64,000 nt of DNA from Epithemia pelagica. Its lineage: Eukaryota; Protista; Bacillariophyta. Positions within the stretch are counted from its first letter, which is position 1. Each line of letters opens with the position of its first letter. A program made the translations under genes and the position numbers. The stretch covers positions 124,001-188,000 of the forward strand of contig OX337239.1 of the NCBI GenBank assembly GCA_946965045.2, written 5' to 3'. Shown in pieces: positions 60,106 through 64,000 of the stretch. A model generated the notes under the pieces. The model saw only the letters and a list, made by a program, of their open reading frames with translations, made no database searches and was not told where the DNA came from.

Positions 60106-61059
60106 TTACCGACACGACTGTTCGCACGTACCACCAGCAACCGACAACCGACATGTTTTTTTCTGGTTTTTTTGGATTTTTTTGCTTTTTCTGGGTTTTT
60201 TGGATTTTTTTGCTTTTTCTGGGTTTTTTGGATTTTTTGGATTGTTTTCAACAGCACCACTACCCGTACCCGCGGACAAAAGACGAGCGGATCGTCGAAC
60301 GTGCACTATTCGGCGTGCCTTTTTGGAGTAGTAGGCAACAACAAGGATCCTGCCCAAACGCGGGGAGTCCTCGGGGCCGGAGGAACTCTCGATCACGCTT
60401 TGGGGGGCATTCTCAACGATGTGAGGCGAGGTATCGTTTTGGGTGGAGGTGGGGGAAGGAGGGGTGGCGACCATGGAAGAAGGGGTGGAATTTCGAGGGG
60501 GTGAGTCGTGCCCCAAAGTGATCTCGTCGTCGTCGTCGTCGTCGTCGTCGGGGATGAGCGCGGGTTCAGGCTCAGGACGGTCGACTGGAACCAGAGGGGT
60601 CTCCTCGTCGTCCTCGAGATCGTCTGCGAGTGCGAGAGGAGGGAAGTCCAAGTCAGCGTCGAACTCGCAAGGCAGAACAGCAACAGTGTCGACGTCGACC
60701 GCCTCCTCGCGATCGCGAATCTCCATCTCTCCATCTTCCTGCCGACCATTCTTGCAGTTCTTCGCAGCAAGCTTTGCTTCGGCAATGGCCAGCTGTTGCT
60801 GAAGCTGAGCTTTGTCGTGTCGAAGCTGTCGAAGCTCCGCATGTTCGTGTCGAAGCTCCGCGTGCTCGCTACTTGTAGTACGACTTCTCTTGCTGAAAAT
60901 GACCCGAAACAGGTGTTGGACGATAAGTTTCGCCTCATCGAGGACATCAGCGACACCGTAACACAGTATGAGAGTCACAAAAGGAGCAACTAACAGAGCC
61001 CATTCGGAGCTGATCATCTTTTCGTAACAGTAATCACAATCACACATCATCATGGTCAA
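60106..61059 (-). CDS. Unknown TM/coiled-coil/acidic protein (copy 2) with an added Lys-rich tail
   Basis: 317-aa frame, near-identical to 41592-42380 plus NPKNPEKAKKSKK tail. Confidence 0.6.
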   Translation of the reverse strand: MTMMMCDCDYCYEKMISSEWALLVAPFVTLILCYGVADVLDEAKLIVQHLFRVIFSKRSRTTSSEHAELRHEHAELRQLRHDKAQLQQQLAIAEAKLAAKNCKNGRQEDGEMEIRDREEAVDVDTVAVLPCEFDADLDFPPLALADDLEDDEETPLVPVDRPEPEPALIPDDDDDDDDEITLGHDSPPRNSTPSSMVATPPSPTSTQNDTSPHIVENAPQSVIESSSGPEDSPRLGRILVVAYYSKKARRIVHVRRSARLLSAGTGSGAVENNPKNPKNPEKAKKSKKPRKSKKIQKNQKKTCRLSVAGGTCEQSCR

Positions 61060-61579
61060 TCGTATTTTTGGTCAATCGTATTTTGTTTTTGTGCGTGTTG
61101 GATTGTTGCGTGTTGTTGTTGTTGGCGTTTCGTGTTGTTTGGCGATCGGACCCTCGAGGTGCGAGGCAGCGGGGTCGGTTTAGACGAGCACAACAATCAA
61201 CCGTTCGAGGGCAGCAACACCCACCGTCGGGGCAATGTTGCACGTACCTCGAGGGTCGAGGGCAGCAACACAGCGCAACTACTCAACAATCAACCGTCGG
61301 GCGATCCAATCACAACCAAGACGACGACGACGACAAGAACAAAGAGCAAGTCGATGACGACGACACAACAACAAGATTCTAAATCATAATGAATAGCACA
61401 CCTTCGTGCATGGGTTGGTTCTTCTTCTATGCGACTACTACGACGGTTTGGTTGATACAACAATACAATACAAAACTACACCCTAATCTGTTTCGTTTTG
61501 TTGTTTGCTGGTTTCTACCTTAGTTTGGTTAATGGGCCACCAAGGGAGCCGTTGCAGCTGTGGTGGGCACTTTGGACCG

Positions 61580-62200
61580 CATCTCCTCGACACATTCTTG
61601 ATAGTCTCCCATATCAAACAACATAGCGCCCTTGAATTGACTGGCAGCGCCAAATTGGACATGATCCTTGTCAATCATTTGATTGGTCCGGGCGACGCGG
61701 CCAAAATTGTTCAATGGACTTGTAGAGGGCGGCCAGTGTGGCATTGCCGCGCTTGAGGGTTTCTTGGAGCATGGAAAGGGCTTCTTCGGGTTTGCGCAAC
61801 AACATTCGGGCCATGTTGTTGACCGAACACAGATCCACAGGGTCAAAATTGAGAGGCAAAAACTTGTGCGACACGGACGCGGCCAAGTGAAAGAATTGCA
61901 GGGCTGTATTGGGTCGACACCAATCTGATAATGAATCAGGCCCATATTAAGGAGGGTCGCCTTGGAACATTCGACGGGTCCGGCACAACAGGCGGCTTCT
62001 TCTTGCGTGCCCGTCATGTCCGGCATGCAACAAAAAGTAGGATTGCAAAGTCCGCAATCGGGCCAATTCGCCTTCAACCGTTTGGTCTTGGGCTTCAGGA
62101 TCGGGGACAGGCAAAATGGGCAAAATCCAATCGTTGGTGGCAATGCCTTGCGGCGTAACCGTTTGCAAGGCCTCGCGCAATTCGGAATCGTCCACAAAAT
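61580..62200 (-). pseudogene. TPR-like and pre-GAF fragments (copy 2)
   Basis: Same motifs as 42900-43510. Confidence 0.5.
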
Positions 62201-62514
62201 CCACCACGGAACGACCGGCCGTAGACACGGGCGTACGAGCCTTTTTGCGAGCCGGAGACGAATAGCAAGACATGGTAGTAGTGTGTTGTGGTTGTTGCGT
62301 TTGGTTAACAAAGGTCGTTGTTGCAAGTTGCAATTCGCAAGACTTGTGAGCTCAACTACACAACGTCTCTACTTCTACGAGTAGGGTTGTGTTCGTCTCC
62401 CTCCACACCTGATCTGTGGGACAAGCACACGGCCCCAACAACAACGCAACTCTCTCTAAGTCGTCGTCGTCGTCGTCATCGTCGTGTTGGAGGAGGATGG
62501 TGGTGTATGGTCGG

Positions 62515-62745
62515 CGGGGAATTGTCCACAGTCGGAAATCACGACATTGACAACAGGTTTGTCCGAATCGCCCGTTTTGGTCGTTTCAATCACCTGAACA
62601 CTTTCCATGCCTTCGACGACATTCCCAAAAACGACATGATGTTTGTCATCCAAATGCGGCGTGGCGGTGGTGGTGACAAAATTCGTGCCTGGACCGGAAT
62701 TGGCCATCGGCTTATGAGTCATTTGGAAATTTTCATCCGACGCCA
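62515..62745 (-). pseudogene. Cyclophilin C-terminal fragment (copy 2)
   Basis: [41 protein letters not shown], with internal deletions. Confidence 0.9.
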
Positions 62746-63339
62746 CATGCACATGAAACCAACGGATCTTTTCGAATAGTGTACTCGTTCACAAGAAAGA
62801 CCAAATAATGCTTTCAATCTTCGTACAAGAGTGAAAGGAGAAGTTCTCCGTGGTGGTCGTGGTAGTTGCAAGGATTCCTGGGGGCGTGGTTTGGTGCAGC
62901 CGCACGAGCAGCAGCCACCGTCGTGGATGGTAAGAGCGGTGGCAACAAGGGATGTTCGTGACCAATCATGAAGGGAGGAGGATCTTGGTCGTCGTGATCG
63001 CCTTGGAAGCCGTCGTCGTAGTCACTCATCTTGGTTTCTTCTACTCCTTCTGAGCCGTTGTTGAGACAACTTGAAGGATGTTTGATGGAGTCCTGACGGT
63101 GGAACTGGAGGAGGCGACCCAAACCGCAAATTTTCCCCTTTTAGTATACAAAACAGGGCCCCTCTTCAACCAAAGATTCTTGCTCGAAACGGTTATGGTT
63201 CGCTGGTCTCGAGCTTGTGGAGATTGGCACCAGACGACTGGGTAGATGCTGCAGCATCCTCGGTTGTTGTCGACGAGTCTCCCAGAGTCTCGGTTCGGCC
63301 AGGAGGATGAAACTGTATCATGATCCATGGCCATCGTCG

Positions 63340-63967
63340 TCGTTGCCTGCCAGGCTCGTGTCAAGTGCACCGAGACTCGATTGCTTTGGACACGGTACAA
63401 ATGGCCATCTGTCCAGACAATGCGGTGCGCATACGGCCCCAAGGACAAGGCAGCCAATCCAGCCATGCCCGCACCCAATTTCAAGACGGTTCCCAAGACC
63501 ATGGGTGTCGTCGTCGTTGCATCGGGTTCTGGTGTTTGTGACGGCGACAAGAGGGGCAAGAATTCCCTAGTTTGGTGCTTGTCTGGATCGGTAGGAACAG
63601 TGCTCTTACTTGTTTTCCGCAAGACCAATTGCTCTTGTAGTTCCTCATTCAAGGCCCACGTCAAGGGTTTCTCGGCATCCCAAACAACCACATTGCCCGT
63701 GTTATCAATCTGATTCTTGTTGTGATTGGGAGCCAATTCGTGGAGGGAAAAGTGGTGCCGCGACATGCCCCGCACCAACACGTACCGACAGCACTCATTC
63801 GTGGTGTCCTGTGGTGGTTGCGGCGGCATGTTGTTGTTGTTGTTGTTGTTGTTGTTATTGTTTGGGATACTGCAGGAAATGGGATAGCACTGGCTTTGAT
63901 AACGATCACGTTGATGGAACGGACGATTAGGAACAGGGCTGGTCAGTTCAATAAAAAGGTGAGCCAC
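63340..63967 (-). pseudogene. Calmodulin-lysine N-methyltransferase-like fragment, copy 2 (inverted, longer)
   Basis: FSLHELAP..IDNTGNVVVWDAE..VLKLGAGMAGLAAL..IVWTDGH. Matches 37990-38378. Confidence 0.7.
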
Positions 63968-64000
63968 TGCAGCAGCATCCTTTTTGGTGTGCGTTCCCCT

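Larger units (their letters stand above)
59310..61370 (-). mobile_element. Putative mobile-element module, copy 2
   Basis: Begins TGTTGCG. Shares AAGCCCGCT.GCG.CGTCAACGCGGC with 40941-40966. ACACAACA at 61363-61370. Boundaries tentative. Confidence 0.45.
59864..62901. repeat. ~3-kb direct segmental duplication, copy 2 (of 41230-44128)
   Basis: Near-identical to copy 1, with extra insertions at ~60146-60260, ~60830-60850 and ~62720-62798. Confidence 0.95.

Noticed and set aside
30000-64000. Endogenous giant virus or Polinton as the explanation of the mosaic
   Set aside because: No capsid, PolB, packaging ATPase or integrase motif recognised. Fragments are host-like and one retains a spliceosomal intron.
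1-64000. rRNA, tRNA and telomeric repeats
   Set aside because: No recognisable conserved rRNA segments, tRNA cloverleaf with T-loop motif or telomeric array seen by eye. tRNAscan-SE/barrnap would be needed to exclude them formally.

Overview
Eukaryotic nuclear DNA, most likely from a pennate diatom. This is an inference from ~50% GC, TTG/GAC microsatellites, short GT-AG introns, RXL-type propeptide motifs, CYP97 and HCF173-like sequences, and an LRR protein with a Cys-rich tail. The window has two zones. (1) 1-29.4 kb holds mostly intact genes: a protein with two tandem HET/TIR-like domains, a Kelch protein, a type-II membrane LRR protein, a mucin/IgGFc-binding-domain protein, two Ser/Arg-rich proteins sharing a C-terminal domain, a small secreted Cys-rich protein and an APH/EcKL-type kinase. 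It also has scattered paralog fragments and a 145-bp MITE with TGT...ACA ends and a 6-bp TSD. (2) ~30-64 kb is largely a mosaic of short, mutated fragments of unrelated host genes (multi-KH, HAT, ABCB, CaM-KMT, GST, TPR, GAF, cyclophilin, patatin, HCF173-like, UreG, MFS, ACS-like) around one intact ankyrin/coiled-coil gene. This zone contains two copies of a ~3-kb duplicated unit, each with a modular hairpin array whose stems covary around conserved loops and a TM/coiled-coil ORF. No rRNA, tRNA, CRISPR, transposase, RT or viral hallmark gene was recognised. All family assignments are from motif recognition by eye, without database searches.
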